The translations under genes were made by a program, and so were the position numbers. A model generated the notes under the pieces. It saw only the letters and a program-made list of their open reading frames with translations. It searched no databases and was not told where the DNA came from. A stretch of DNA of 64,000 nucleotides from Takakia lepidozioides (lineage: Eukaryota; Plantae; Bryophyta), in contig CM060732.1 of assembly GCA_030704615.1 (NCBI GenBank), positions 26,846,001 through 26,910,000 on the forward strand, in the 5' to 3' direction. Every line of letters begins with the position of its first letter. The first letter of the stretch is position 1. Shown here piece by piece: positions 47,801 to 60,699 of this stretch.

Positions 47801-50135
47801 GATTGGAAGAGTCTGTACGTAAGTCTCAGTGAGAAGATGAAGTACCCTCAGGGAAATCCATTGACAAAGAAAATGGTTCACAGTATAAACATACCTGTTA
47901 GTATTTGTGGCATATTTTAGAGAGCGAAGCTCCAGGGCTTGGTAGCAAGCACCTGTATCGTTATCATAGAAGGAAGCCACACATGTGCAATTGTCCAAGC
48001 AAGCACTTTGGCAGCTATCGACAGAGGACAGATTAGCCCAGGGAAGCCCAAACTGATATGCATAATAATCGACCGCATCCACTTGGACCAAATGGTGGTT
48101 GCCCTTGGCACCATTGTTTTCACACTCCGCTAAGGGGCCGCCCGGAGGATAGCAGCCCTCTGACAAGTCTGAGGTATTCACTGGAGTGAAGGCATCAGCT
48201 CCAACCCCCGGACAACTGCACTGACCATTGGTTGAACACAGACCATAGGCTCCGCACACATTGGGTAACAAGCAAGTCGTTCCTTCGAGGGGAGCAAAAT
48301 CCAGGACCCATGACTGGGCCTGCCAGTAGTATACTCGCAGACTTCCATTGGCTTCCAGCTTCAAGCGCCGGGGCCCTAGTTGGGGGTAGTTGATGAACTG
48401 TATATAGTCCAAATGCCCAGCCACCCCTGCTTCATACATTGCTAGGTAGCCTAGTGGTTCCACTCTAGCATAGATTGGGGAACCTGCGTTTGCAATTGGG
48501 CAAGAAGTAAATGATTTGTGGTATGAAGTCAAAGCCACATTTGTACTTGCACAGGCTGATTCTAATTAACCCCGCTCTCATATTAAGTCCATGCCAGTCA
48601 CAAGAACACAAGAAAGATCTCTCACTCCTCTTCATAAAAAATTAGTGCCTTCTACTGCGCATGCCTGTTCCAACACTGGCTCCCACCCACAGCAATAGGG
48701 GCTCATTAGGACAAAGTCCCAACAGGCCATCACATCTTCCTCTTGGTGTAAAATCCTTTCAGTTAACCCAGAACCTACTTTCTTCTGAAGACATCATACT
48801 CACACCCCCATAGGAGGATCAGTGTGGATTGCTTCAACAGACCGGATTAGCATCAAGAGCTTGATCCTGAACAGAAACCCCCTAAGCCAATTTCCAGGAC
48901 AAATAATACAATCATGCGTAAAATAATGCAGGCAAGGGGGCAGACTATCAACTCTAGTACCACATCCCAATGAAGTTGTAAACAGGCACCTTCATGTTGG
49001 ATTTGTGCCTGCTCTTGATTTGCAACTCTCTTCCAGTATATCTCAGGCTGAGGGAAGCTTGCAAATAGTGCAATCCCATCAGCTTGCATTGCCATGGAGT
49101 AGGTGCCCTCCAACGTACTGGAATTGGACACAGCAGCCACTAGCTTCATTGATGAGGTGAAGTTCTGCCCTGTGAGAAGGGTATCTGTCGGGTAGTCAAA
49201 ACTCTGCCACACCTGCAATCGTAAGAAACACACAAGCACACCCACCAACCAAAGTTAATATCAATGGAATACTTATACCCTTAGCATGCGAAATAACCAT
49301 CTGCAAGATATCCTTAGTACTCCTGAGACTACCGGAGAAGGGAGTCTAGTGACAGTTGAGGCAAATAGCCACTGGTTCCAATTTCAGCAAGTAAGGAACA
49401 CAGCTCAATAAGCCACAAAACTGGACTTGCACCACCTGCATGAGCCATAGGCATTTCCTGATGGGAGATGGGAGCTAAAAGCATAAGGAGAGACTTCACC
49501 CGCAAAGTTCTATATCATCAGCACCATAAAACCACACTCTGTCCGCCAAAAAAAATCAGGCTACAGTCAGTTAACTCCCAGAAGACTAGGTTTGCAGGAA
49601 CACGATACAAGACCGTTTCATTGTTGCTGTTGAGGAGCAGGAGGTTTCCTGAAGACTGCAACTGCATCTTTGTCACACCCTGCACACTGGTATTGCTTGC
49701 CCACACATTGCTTCCATCGGCACTCCGCAGGACAAGGTTCCCATCCGTCTCTAGGCCAACAAGGGAATTCTCTGTGACTGGAGAGTACCTGTTGGCAGTC
49801 CAGACGGTCTCAATGGAGACCTCCGAAGTGTTCAATCCTTGCACACTCACAATAGAGAAATAATAGGCATTGTTGCTCATTTTAACAAAGGCAGCAGCAA
49901 ATGAGCCATCTGGAGACGACAAAAAAACTCGTGTTGTGGTGGAAATGCTGGCTGTTGTCTCGTTGTTGTATGAGATGAACCCACTGCCTACAAGGTCAGG
50001 GATGGAAGCCTCAACTGAGGGTGAGTCTGAAATCCAGCTGTACATAGAGAGCAGGCCCCAGAAAAGATACCCGTTTAGTGGTCGTGTGGCTCGCTCATGC
50101 CTGCCTCTGCTTTCACCGTGACTGGAAATCCACAT
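44836..50135 (-). CDS. G-type lectin S-receptor-like (SD2-type) receptor pseudokinase, 7 exons, ~869 aa
   Basis: Exons 50135-49614, 49212-48990, 48555-47895, 47036-46787, 46374-45952, 45798-45496 and 45063-44836, all GT-AG and in phase (2610 nt). B-lectin ([24 protein letters not shown]), EGF-like [36 protein letters not shown], kinase. Confidence 0.92.
47535..47705 (+). mobile_element. Possible tRNA-derived SINE in an RLK intron
   Basis: A-box-like tcgctcagtaag, B-box-like ggattcgaatg, followed by the imperfect hairpin atattaccctccatgggggaggtaatat. Confidence 0.3.
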
Positions 50136-52254
50136 CTTACAGCCTTTCTTCTAAAGCCTTAATTAGAATAAACTTTCTATATCACACGGAATTTTGTGGC
50201 GACACAGATTCAAAAGAGCGTAACTGTCGCTACCGTCCAGAAAACGACTACAGCTGCCATCAGTGCACATTAACGCTTCAGGCCAAGTCAAGCAAATATT
50301 AGTGAAGCTATGATTCCTTTCACACTGATAAGCCTTCCGAGATCATCTCAATGCTTGCAACATATGGCGGATGTGCCAAGCTGACCAACTCTTCCAGTCA
50401 CATACACCACTTCTCACGTCACCTGCGCTTGAAAATGCTACTACCAGCCCTCCCTTCGATACAGCCCCTGACCACGGAGGAGAATATGCAGGTTGCCACG
50501 GTTCATCGACATTTTCTGTCTTGAAAATGCATCGTGCCTGCAGAGACGAGTAGGCAGATATGGATGGTGATTACCGCAACCTTTAAACAAACAGCTGCTG
50601 AATCAGGATGCAAAGCTACTGGTACCAGACCCCCCCAGATGCCTTCTGTAACTGGCTTGAGAATCACGAAATTGACAACTTAGACCGCTATACAAGGCTG
50701 TCATCATGGGTGCCAACAATTCTCGCATTGTCCTCCTCAGGCACAGAAGTCTCCTGTGAGAGTTGTCTAAATTTTGACCACGTTGCAATAGTATCTCAAC
50801 TTGACTAGACATGCGTCAACCCATCAAACCAAGATTGGACCGACCATATCTAAGATTCCCATCGACTTTTGCAGAGCGAAAGTAGTACAAGCATCCGTCG
50901 AGCTGAAACGATTTTTAGAGACTAAATTGATACAAAATGTTGGGCTTGATCACCAACGCACAATTGTAGGATAAGTGTACTGGTCTAAAATCTGAGGGGC
51001 ATGGATGTCGGACTGTCCGCGCAAGCTCAAATGCTTTTACTAGCGTCCTCATGCAGGGTCGACATTATTGAGCTACACAGGCCCGCCAATGCGTTTTTGC
51101 TGGGTATGTGCGTCAACGGGTGACAGACTCATACTGTCATGTGCCACAACCGGGTCATGTGCAATGGGGAGCAGATGGGATGACACAAGGAGAGAGAGAC
51201 CAAGGAGTCCTTGCCTGATCAAAGATGTCAGAATTAGACGATGATTGACGAACACAACTTGTCTTTCCTAAGCTGCTCCTTTCTATTTTCATGATTCAGC
51301 TGTATCTTTCGACCTTGGCTGCGCGATGCACGTAACACAGCTCCGAACTCGTGCATTCGGCTAGAGTCGAGGCTTCTGCAGTGTCCAAGCCGGAGTGATC
51401 TCCGAGACCACAAACGATGCTTTCTGAGAGCTGCACCATGAATTCACTGGTCCAATAGTCGCACTCTGAAAACTACAGTACCTATACCAAGTGCTGAAGC
51501 TTTGAACAGGTTACATCTACTCCAGAATACCACTGTGAAGGCACCTGTTTCCTCTCTCACACACACAAGCTCACACGGCCCCCTCCAGAACGCGAGCTCC
51601 CAACAACTTCCCTCTCTTCTCCCTCCTCACCCTCGCCAGACGAGCTGCCTGCTCGATTGAGCAACCATAATTAAATATCGTTGCCGTAGCTCTGCACTAG
51701 CTCCCAGAAAAGCATTCTAGCTGCACCGGCCTGGGCGGCTGCCAAACTCCCATTGGGGTCACCGGACACCGCGTAGATCCGGTCACGGTGCTAGGGCTAC
51801 GCAGGCGAGTGCAGTAAAGAGCTGGTCCTCCGCCGCCCTGTTTGTGCGCAGCAATCATCGTCCCCCAACTCGCATGCTCCACGCCGGCGTCGCTGCACAT
51901 CAACACCGCGCTTGCATCCCTCCGTAACTTAACCGCGTTGACGGTCGCAGCATGCCCGATTTGATGGCCGCTACCTGGGGGGCCAGGACCGACGAGATCT
52001 GTCCATTTCGCATTCCGCATTCTGGATGTTGTTCGTTGGTTATGGGCGAGGATGGATCTGGATGGCAGGAGCGACCAATCAGAGAAGACTCAACGTCAAC
52101 GTGAACAGGTACGGTTGACGCACCGGCTACGCCGGTGCTGGTACTAAGTCAACTCCGGAGTTCCAGGGAGACCGGTTGAGCAGGTCAGGTTAGCCGGTGG
52201 CGGACATTCGATTTCACGGGTCTCCGTCCTTGAGTTGAGAGCGATGTTGGGCAC

Positions 52255-52390
52255 GTGAATAGAATGTAGCCCAGTGGTAATGGGTACATACCATCTCGGA
52301 TGTGGTTGTAGGTTCAAACCCCCGACTGGTGTCACAAAGGTGTTCCTCCTTCCTGCTGGAAGGCTGTAGCGGTCAAAAGACACCATAAGT
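52255..52390 (+). mobile_element. tRNA-derived SINE
   Basis: A box TAGCCCAGTGG (52267-52277), B box GGTTCAAACC (52311-52320), and a second copy at 28815-28945. Does not fold as a complete tRNA. Confidence 0.7.
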
Positions 52391-53123
52391 TAAGGAGGCG
52401 TCATATATTGCTATTATGCCGGCCTGTCGACAATTTTTGTTGCCAGATTTACGAAGGGTGAGGCAGCTTGTTTTTACCCTCCCCAACCTTGGGACCCAGA
52501 ACCGGGGACTTAGAGATAAGCAAAGCTTAATTTGATTAAAAGGGCTTCTAATAATAAATAATAAATAATAAATCGGCTGGACACACGTGTGCTGGGCCAG
52601 CACACTTGCGTTGAGGTCGTAGCAGCTGTGGTTGTTCCACTGCAGGCCCCATGGCAAAACCTGAGAGATGAGCGATTTCATCCGGCTGTGCCCCTGGCAG
52701 ACGGATCTTGGCTTCAATCTTTTACAATGTAAATGATTTATTTTTTAAATAAAACGGGGAGGAAGGCGTGTGACGTGGTGGCCCCGGCTGGCTGGAGCAC
52801 CAGGAAGGTGGCTCGAGACCTCATGCTCCCCACCTTTAGGACCATGTTCCCAAACTCTTTCCAATTTTGCTCCCCTATTCTGCTCCCGGGTCCCTGCTCC
52901 CCATAGTAGGACAAGGGAGCGAGGAGAGGAGCACGGACCAGGAACACGGGAGCAAGCTACATTCCATAGGGCGAGGAGGGGAGCGCGAACAGGGAGCGAG
53001 GACAAGGGACAAGGATAGGGGAGGGGGACTGGGTTCAAGGAGGGGACAGAGGAGCGGATCTTGAGCGAGGATCTTGACTTCGAATTATTTTGCAGATGAA
53101 AAAATTAATTAATTAGTCGCATA

Positions 53124-53277
53124 TGCAACCAATCAGTCAATGTACTGTGACCGCAATAAATTGAACCTCAAACCTCATCAGTGTTGTGATGCTCAAAACG
53201 TGCAACCAATCACTCAATGTACTGTGACCGCAATAAATTGAACCTCAAACCTCATCAGTGTTGTGATGCTCAAAACG
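53124..53277. repeat. 77-bp tandem duplication (2 copies, 1 mismatch)
   Basis: tgcaaccaatca(g/c)tcaatgtactgtgaccg...gctcaaaacg at 53124 and 53201. Confidence 0.95.
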
Positions 53278-53399
53278 CGACGGAGGTTAGATTCTCCTTT
53301 CCTCTAACGTAACGCCAGTATCTAGGGATGAAAGCTCGTAGGGCAGGCAACACAGAGAGGAGAGGATCTAATTGCAGAGGACGTAGTGAGTGGTCCTAC

Positions 53400-54899
53400 T
53401 GTAGCACACCAACGCATAGAACACACACACATGATTTGTTCATCAGTCCATCACCTCAACATCGTCTCTACAGAACACCTTGTACACCACAAATGAACAC
53501 AATGAAAAATACCGTCCGACTTCTGTTTTCCAGAGCCCTTTTATTCATCTGCCACATCATTTCCAAGTCAGCACTACTTGTCGAGACGCTAATGGATGCA
53601 GGCTAAGCCGGTTTCAGCAAGACTGAGCGCCAGAGTTAACAGTACACAACATTGAAGTGTATGCTAACGGTATAGCTACAGTATGGTGTCAGAGTAGCTG
53701 CTAACAGCTCTCTACATTACATCCTCTGATACTTGAAAACACATCTGTCAAGGAGAAAAATGGGAGCAGGAAAAAGTGGGCCATCACATATGTGATGCCA
53801 CCCCCGGATTTGAAAATCTGAACTCCTGTGAAGAACAACTAGAGACATCCAGATCCAAATATGATCATGTAGAAGAACACCTTGGATGATCAAGGTGAGT
53901 TGCAGGAGAGTACCAGTTCGTGCCTAAGAAACCAAGCATATAAGCAAGACAGGGGCTGAGTGAAGTGTAAAAACTTGTCAAGAAAGGGGGTCTGTTCTGG
54001 TGGGAGCTGCAAGTTGCCCCACCTCCAGGCCTGAATTGGGAGGAAAAAACCTGTTGTGCAGGAAAAACCCCAATTCTTACATCAATGGCCAGTTAATAAA
54101 AGCAACACAAAGCTAAAGAGCAACTGCTGTGATGCAAATGATGGAAAAGCCAGATGAAGAACAGGGATCCTACTCAAGACAAGGTAGTAACTATCTAGAG
54201 CTAGCCAAAAGAAACTAATGCAAATCTGCCTCCTAGAAATGAAATCAGAAAGTAAGCTACTGGAGATGAAGCCACATCTTGTATATCTGCAAAACCGCTC
54301 TTGGATCACTGTCTAGCTTTCTTCATGGGAGACATCTCCACTGTTCTGCCTTCCACATTCACACATGTTAGATCAAATTGAAGCCTGGGATGCAAGAGGT
54401 CAGCAATAGGCACATCTGCAGGGATTTCCTTGACGGGCGGATGCTGAGGCAATAAGCGTGCCCTGTTACCAGCAGTCATCTCGTAAATCAGATAGGGCCC
54501 CTCTATGCGAGTCTTACCCTTGGACTCTATTGCACCATGCTGCATTTTGACACATACAGTCTGACCAGCAACAAAAGTAGAAGAATAAACCACCTGTCTG
54601 TTATACTGCTTGGTTTGAGCAAGCTGAGCCTGAGATATATTATACTTAGCCTCATCTATGATCCTAGAGTGATTTTCTAGCAAATTAGTAACGAACTGGT
54701 CCCAGTCTTCAGGTTCAGCAATTACTGGATTGAGAGGAGTGTGATGAATAGGAGAGACACAAGAGCGACCATAGAGAAGTTCAAAGGGGGTACGGCGGGT
54801 ACTGGCATGCACAGCAGTCCTATAAGAAAAAATGAGAGGGGGAAGAAGCACGTCCCATTCCTGAGTGAGCCCTCCACACTTCTCCAGCATGAGACACAT
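53400..54899 (-). mobile_element. Ty3/Gypsy 3' end: integrase C-terminus, 3' UTR and putative 3' LTR (53400-53721)
   Basis: EWDVLLPPLIFSYRTAVHASTRRTPFELLYGR...EGPYLI; TGTA...TACA-bounded segment at 53400-53721. Confidence 0.75.
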
Positions 54900-57560
54900 G
54901 GTTCGATTGAAGCAGAGAGTTGGTCGAACTGAAAGCCCAGCTCAAGGATCTAATGGCAAAGGGGTACATCCGGCCGAGTAAGTCACCTTACGGAGCCCCG
55001 GTACTATTCGCAGATAAGAAGGATGAGGCGCTGCGGATGTGTGTCGATTACAGGGCTTTGGATAAGGTGACTATAAGAAACCGGTACCCTTTGCCAATGA
55101 TCGACGACCTCTTCGATCGGTTCGCAGGAGCAAAGTATTTCAGCCGGATCGATTTACGTTCGGGTTACCACCAGATCCGGATAGCGGAAGGAGATGAGGA
55201 AAAGACAGCATGCATGACAAGGTATGACTCATACGAATTTTTGGTGATGCCTTTTGGGCTCACCAACGCGCCAGCAACCTTTAGCACCCTAATGAACTGC
55301 CTCTTTCAGGAATGGTTGGATGACTTTGTGATCGTGTATATCGATGACATCTTGGTGTACTCGAAAACGAAGGAAGAGCACTTGGAGCACCTCAAAAGGG
55401 TGTTCCAGAAATTGCGGGAAGGGAAGCTGTATGCCAAAGCTTCAAAGTGCGAATTCGGGGTCACGAAGGTGGAGTTCCTAGGGCATGTGATTACGCAGGA
55501 TCGGATCAAAATGGATGACAGAAATGTGAGGGCGATCTTGGACTGGGAACCTCCGACTTCGGTCCCGGAAGTGCGATCATTCCTAGGACTCGCCTCTTAT
55601 TACCGAAAGTATGTGAGAAATTTTGCCAAGATCGCGGGGCCGCTGTCAGACCTTCTGTGTAAGTCCAAGGTATGGGTATGAAACACCTTTTGTGGCCAAG
55701 CTTTTGCCGAGTTGAAGCAGCGGATGTCGGAAGCTCCAGTCTTGAAAATCCCGGAGTTCGACCATCCATTTGAGATTCACAGATGCATCGGACTTTGCAA
55801 TCGGGGGTGTGCTCATGCAGGATGGACGTCCAGTAGCTTACGAAAGTAAGAAACTGAATGAAGTGGAGCGACGGTGGCTTACACACGAGAAAGAAATGAA
55901 TGCGGTGGTGCATTGCCTTGAGCATTGGCGCCACTATGTTGATTCCAACCCGGTGAAGGTGTTCACGGACAATGTCACGGTGAAGTATTTTGCTACACAA
56001 CCTAAGTTGTCCCAAAAACAACTTAGGTGGCAAGACACTGTGGCAGTGTTCAACGTGGATATCCAGTACAAACCGGGACGGGACAATGTGGTGGCCGATG
56101 CCTTAAGTAGAAAGCAGCAGCTCATGTTGGTGTAGAGGGATGAGACGACGCTCCAAAAGAAGATCTAGAAGGCTTACCGGAAGGATGAAATGGCGAAGTC
56201 CGTGATGCGGGACTTGAGGTTGGGGGCTAAATCGCAGTTCCACTTGCACAATGGACTGCTTCGGTACAAGCAAAAGCGTCTCTACGTACCGAAGGAAGGG
56301 ATCAGAGATAGTCTCTTGAGAGAATGCCACGATGGCCCGCTTGCGGGCCATGGTGGAGCCAAGCGCACCACGGCACTATTGAAGAAAGAATATTTCTGGC
56401 CCAAACTGAGGGAGGAGGCCGAGTATGTCAAGACATGCACCACATGCCAACAAAACCGGAGCGAGTACAAAAAGCAAGCGGGGTTGTTACAACCTTTGCC
56501 GATTCCAGAGGGGTCTTGGGAAAGTGTCTCGATGGATTTCATGACTGCTTTGCCGCTGCAAAAGGATTCGATGCAATCATGGTGGTGGTGGATAGGTTCA
56601 GTAAAATGGGTCATTTCATCCCTACCAAGGAGACGACGATGGCGCAGGAGACGGGGCGACTTTACTTTGCCCACATCTTCAAGCATCATGGACTCCCGAA
56701 GGATATTGTCTCGGACCGCGATCCAAAGTTTACAAGTAAATTTTGGAGGGCACTTTGGAAAAAAATGGGGACGAGGCTCAAGATGAGCACGACCTTCCGA
56801 CCTACAACGGTCGGCCAAAAGGAAAGAGTGAACTCCGTGGTGAAGCAGATCTTGCGGAATTATGTGTCAACAGACCAGTCGGACTGGGTGGAGCACTTGG
56901 ATGCAGCAGAGTTCTGTTATAATAACACAAAACACTCCGCAACGGGAGTTTCCCTTTCGTATTGGTATATAGAAAAGTACCTCTAATGCCGACAAGTTGG
57001 GCCGCCCAGGACGATGAGGAACCGGCAGTAGCAGCGGTGTTGGAAGAACGCGAGCGTTTGTTGGAGCTCGCAAAGTACAACATTGCCAAAGCTAGGAAAC
57101 GGTATGAACGGCAGGCGAATCAGAAGCGGAGGGATGTTAAGCTTGAGGTAGGCACAGAGGTCTAGTTGAACATCAAGAATTTTTGATTACCTCCGGAAGT
57201 GAGTCCAAAGTTCGTACCTCCGTATGCGGGGCCCTTTCACATCCGGAAGGTTATGAATGAGGATGTGTATGAATTGGAGCTGCCGGCAAACAGCAAGGTG
57301 CATCCGGTATTCCACGTTTCTTTTTTGAAGCCTTACTTCAAAGATGAAGCGCGTCCGAATCGGCATCAAGCGTTGCGTCCGCCACATGTGCTGTTGGATC
57401 ATGAAAATGAATCTGAGTACGAGGTGGAGGTAGTGCTTAAGTCGAGGAGGTTCAAGAATCGAGAAATGGAGTATCTTGTGAAATGGAAGGGTTATCATCA
57501 AGTGGAGGCAACTTGGGTGCATGCCTCAGAAATGGGAAACGCATCCGAGGCGGTTGCAGT
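54900..57560 (+). mobile_element. Chromovirus (Ty3/Gypsy) pol remnant: RT, RNase H, integrase, chromodomain; both ends truncated
   Basis: [18 protein letters not shown]-like motif, YIDD (55337), TDASDFAIG, HDGPLAGHGG, SDRDPKF, YAGPF, YEVEVVL...YLVKWKGY...ATW. Confidence 0.93.
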
Positions 57561-57569
57561 ATGCGGGTA

Positions 57570-58780
57570 TTGTTCAGAATGACATCTGGAAATGTTCCAG
57601 CTTTGATGATGTCACCATGGACCTCTTTGCCCTTTTCCAGAGCTGCATGCAGCCTCCCACACGCATTATAAACACAAAGAAATGTGATGTGGTTTGGCTT
57701 CAGCCCTTTCTCGCATTATTTGCTCATACGTCTCCAAAGCATCAATCCCACACCCATATTGTTGTGCTTACCCTGCAATCATGGTACTTCAGAAACACCA
57801 CATCTTGTTCAGCTAGCCATGTTGTCGAACACTCCCTTTGCATCCTTACTGCACCTACATTTGGCATAAATGTTTCAGAACGACATCTGGTACAATTGCA
57901 GCTTTGACGATGTCACCATGATGGACCTTTGTGCCCTTTCCCAGAGCTGCCAGGCTCGAACTGGGCATACATGTCCACCAAGGCACAGTTCAAATGACAT
58001 CTGGTACAATTCCAGCTTTGACATTGACACTATGGACCTCTGCTCCATTTTCTAGGGCTTCTAGGCTCACATTTGGCATAGATGTCCACCAGAGCAGAGT
58101 TCAGAATGACATCTGGTACATTTCAGCTTTGACAATAGACCCGTGTGTCCATTCCACAGCTGTCACACTCACATTTGGCATACATGTCACCAAGGCAGTG
58201 TTCAAAATCAGATTTGGTGTACAGTTCCAGCTTTGACAATCACCATGGACCTCTACGCCTTTTTCCAGGGCTGCCACCTGCTCGCATTTGGCATACATTA
58301 CACCAGGGCTGTGTTTTGAATCACTTATGGTACGTTGCAGCTAATTTGACGATGTCACCATGGCCTCTGCTCTCTTTTCCAGGGCTGTTAGGCTCACATT
58401 TGGCATACATGTCCACGAGGGCACTGCTCAGAATCACATCTGGAAGAATTCCAGCTTTGACGATGTCACCATGGACCACTTTGCCCAGTTCTAGGGCTGC
58501 CAGGCTCACATTTGGCATACATGTGCTGCATGGCAGTGCTCAGAATGACATCTAGTACAATTCCAGCTTTGATGATGTCGTGCCATGGAACTTTGCACCC
58601 TTTTTCAGAGCTAGCATGCTCGCATTTGGCATACATGTCCACCAGGACAGTGCTCAGAATGATACCTGGTACAATTCCAGCTTTGAAGATGCCACCATGG
58701 AAGTCTTTGCCCTTTTCCAGCCTGCTGCCATGCTCGCACATGCTTTGCCCCCACAAACCAACATGATGTGGTCAGGTTGA
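57570..58780 (-). pseudogene. PLS-PPR-derived tandem array of ~110-bp L/S chimeric units
   Basis: LAALELGKVVHGDIVKAGILPDVILSSALVDMYAKCE units; the landmark catttggcata recurs at ~57858, 58070, 58172, 58286, 58397, 58509 and 58623. Confidence 0.85.
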
Positions 58781-58840
58781 AGTACACCTCTCCCCGTACC
58801 TGATAATCAGGTGGATCAGGCCCTTCAGATCCCTATAATC

Positions 58841-58919
58841 AGGCCCTTCAGATCATCCTCAAGGTCCACCTGTACCAGATACCGCACATAGAGGACCTTG
58901 AGGATGATCTGAAGGGCCT
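58841..58919. repeat. Perfect 27-bp inverted repeat with a 25-nt loop
   Basis: aggcccttcagatcatcctcaaggtcc (58841-58867) / ggaccttgaggatgatctgaagggcct (58893-58919). Confidence 0.95.
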
Positions 58920-59349
58920 ACCTACCCTTGACACCAGACCTGAAATTTAAACTCATGATCAAGTTGGGGAGTCTATCTTTGCACAAAACCAGATGTAGAG
59001 AGGTAAAGGAGATAGTAAATGTCCGACATGCCAACGGCCTGAAGACGATATCCGTTCTCCGATACAATACCTGGGGTATTCTCATCAGAGAGCCACCCTT
59101 GATGTAAGTACTCTGAACACACCCTTGTAGAAGAACTGGATGTCGTTGTTAGCCAATTCATGCTTTTCCTTCATTGCTACCTCAAAGAATGCTACCTGCA
59201 TCAAAAGTGATGGCTTGAATAAGCAGACTGGAGAGGGGCATGGCAGGTACAAGACTCAGGACTTGGTAATAACAATTCAAGACCAATATGTGATAGTGAT
59301 TGATGAATACATGTCCTTGACCCATTTGTCAAGGGTAAGATGATACCCT

Positions 59350-59525
59350 TGAACTTCTCCTCGTCTTGTTGGCTACTTCTCTATTGCTACATTGGCAGTA
59401 ACATGTCAAAATTACTCCACACCATCACAACTCCACCCAACGAGCTTACTTGTCAATATGAAAATCTAGGGGCGACTGTGATAAGATGGAAAAATCGGCT
59501 GAAATGTGTTGAAGAAGAAGGTGCC
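59350..59525 (-). repeat. Third copy of the PPR-associated module (lacks the WWDNR end)
   Basis: Reverse complement aligns to 22361-22520 (cttcttcaacacatttca...ttgacatg.tactgccaatgt). Confidence 0.65.
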
Positions 59526-59799
59526 CTCACCATACTGTCCTTGACCTTGTGCCATGAAAGCATACATGTTTTTGCAACAATGGAGGATTCTTGACCAGCC
59601 CTAAACCCAAAAGGACCTCTTGCATGTGCTACTTATGTTTGTAGTCAGGTGATCTCGGATTGGGCTGTGAGGAGAACCACCATGGTGCAGCTGAGCAACC
59701 ATAGGTTTGAACTCAGCTTCCTAAGACCAAGCTGACCTTCCCAGTACCTTGTAAAGACCAGGAGAAATACCAAATCATGATACTAGCAGGAAGAACGCA

Positions 59800-60550
59800 C
59801 ATTGACAGACTTCTACATTATGAAAGCCACACCTTGCGACTGCGCATGTCCCACCTTTGAGAAGGATCTTCCGAAAACTCGTGCCAGCTCTGCGTCATGC
59901 TCCACGACACCACATTTTGTTAAGCCGCTCCCTTTGCATGCTCGATGGCTCCACATTTGGCGTACATATCCACGAGGGTACTATTTAGAATTATGACAAA
60001 CTTCTTCTCAAGGTACATTAAGAAAGCCACACCTTGCGACTGCGACTGTCCCACCATCGACAATGATCTTTACAAGCTCGTGCCAGCTGTGCTTCATGCT
60101 CCACGACACCACATTTCGTTAAGCCATATTGTTGAACGCTCCCTTTGCATCCTCGATGGCTCCACATTTGGCATACATATCCACGAGGGTTCTGAATAAA
60201 CTTCTTCTCAACGTACATTAAGAAAGCCACACCTTGCGACTGCGACTGTCCACCATCGACAAGGATCTTTGCAAAGCTCGTGCCAGCTCTGCTTCATGCT
60301 CCACGACACCAGATTTTGTTAAGCCATATTGTTGAACGCTCCCTTTGCATCCTCTCGATGGCTCCACATTTGGCGTACAAACTTCTTCTCAACGTACATT
60401 AAGAAAGCCACACCTTGCGATTGCGATTGTCCACCATCGACAAGGATCTTTGCAAAGCTCGTGCCAGCTCTGCTTCATGCTCCACCACACCACATTTCGT
60501 TAAAGCCATATTGTTGAACGCTCCCTCGAGGCTCCTCATTTGGTATATCC
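59800..60550 (-). pseudogene. Four 180-200-bp tandem units of a PPR S-motif fragment fused to unrelated sequence
   Basis: gaaagccacaccttgcga recurs at ~59822, 60022, 60222 and 60403; minus translation MYAKCGAIEDAKGAFNNM..NVVSW. Confidence 0.75.
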
Positions 60551-60699
60551 AGGAGGTACTGTTCAAAATGACACTCCTTCCCGTATTCTTCCAAAGCCTC
60601 TAACCAGAGCATCCCCTCAATCACGGCTCTCGGAGCAGGAAGAAGAGTGATAGTGAGGGCGTTCTTGAAAAGTATCGAAGTCCCCGTGTAAATGAAATA

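Noticed and set aside
50300-52100. Short ORFs upstream of the receptor kinase
   Set aside because: No recognisable domains; likely 5' UTR, intron or promoter sequence that cannot be resolved without transcripts.
52255-52335. tRNA gene
   Set aside because: A and B boxes are present but there is no convincing acceptor or anticodon stem, and a conserved non-tRNA tail is shared with a second copy, so it is a SINE.
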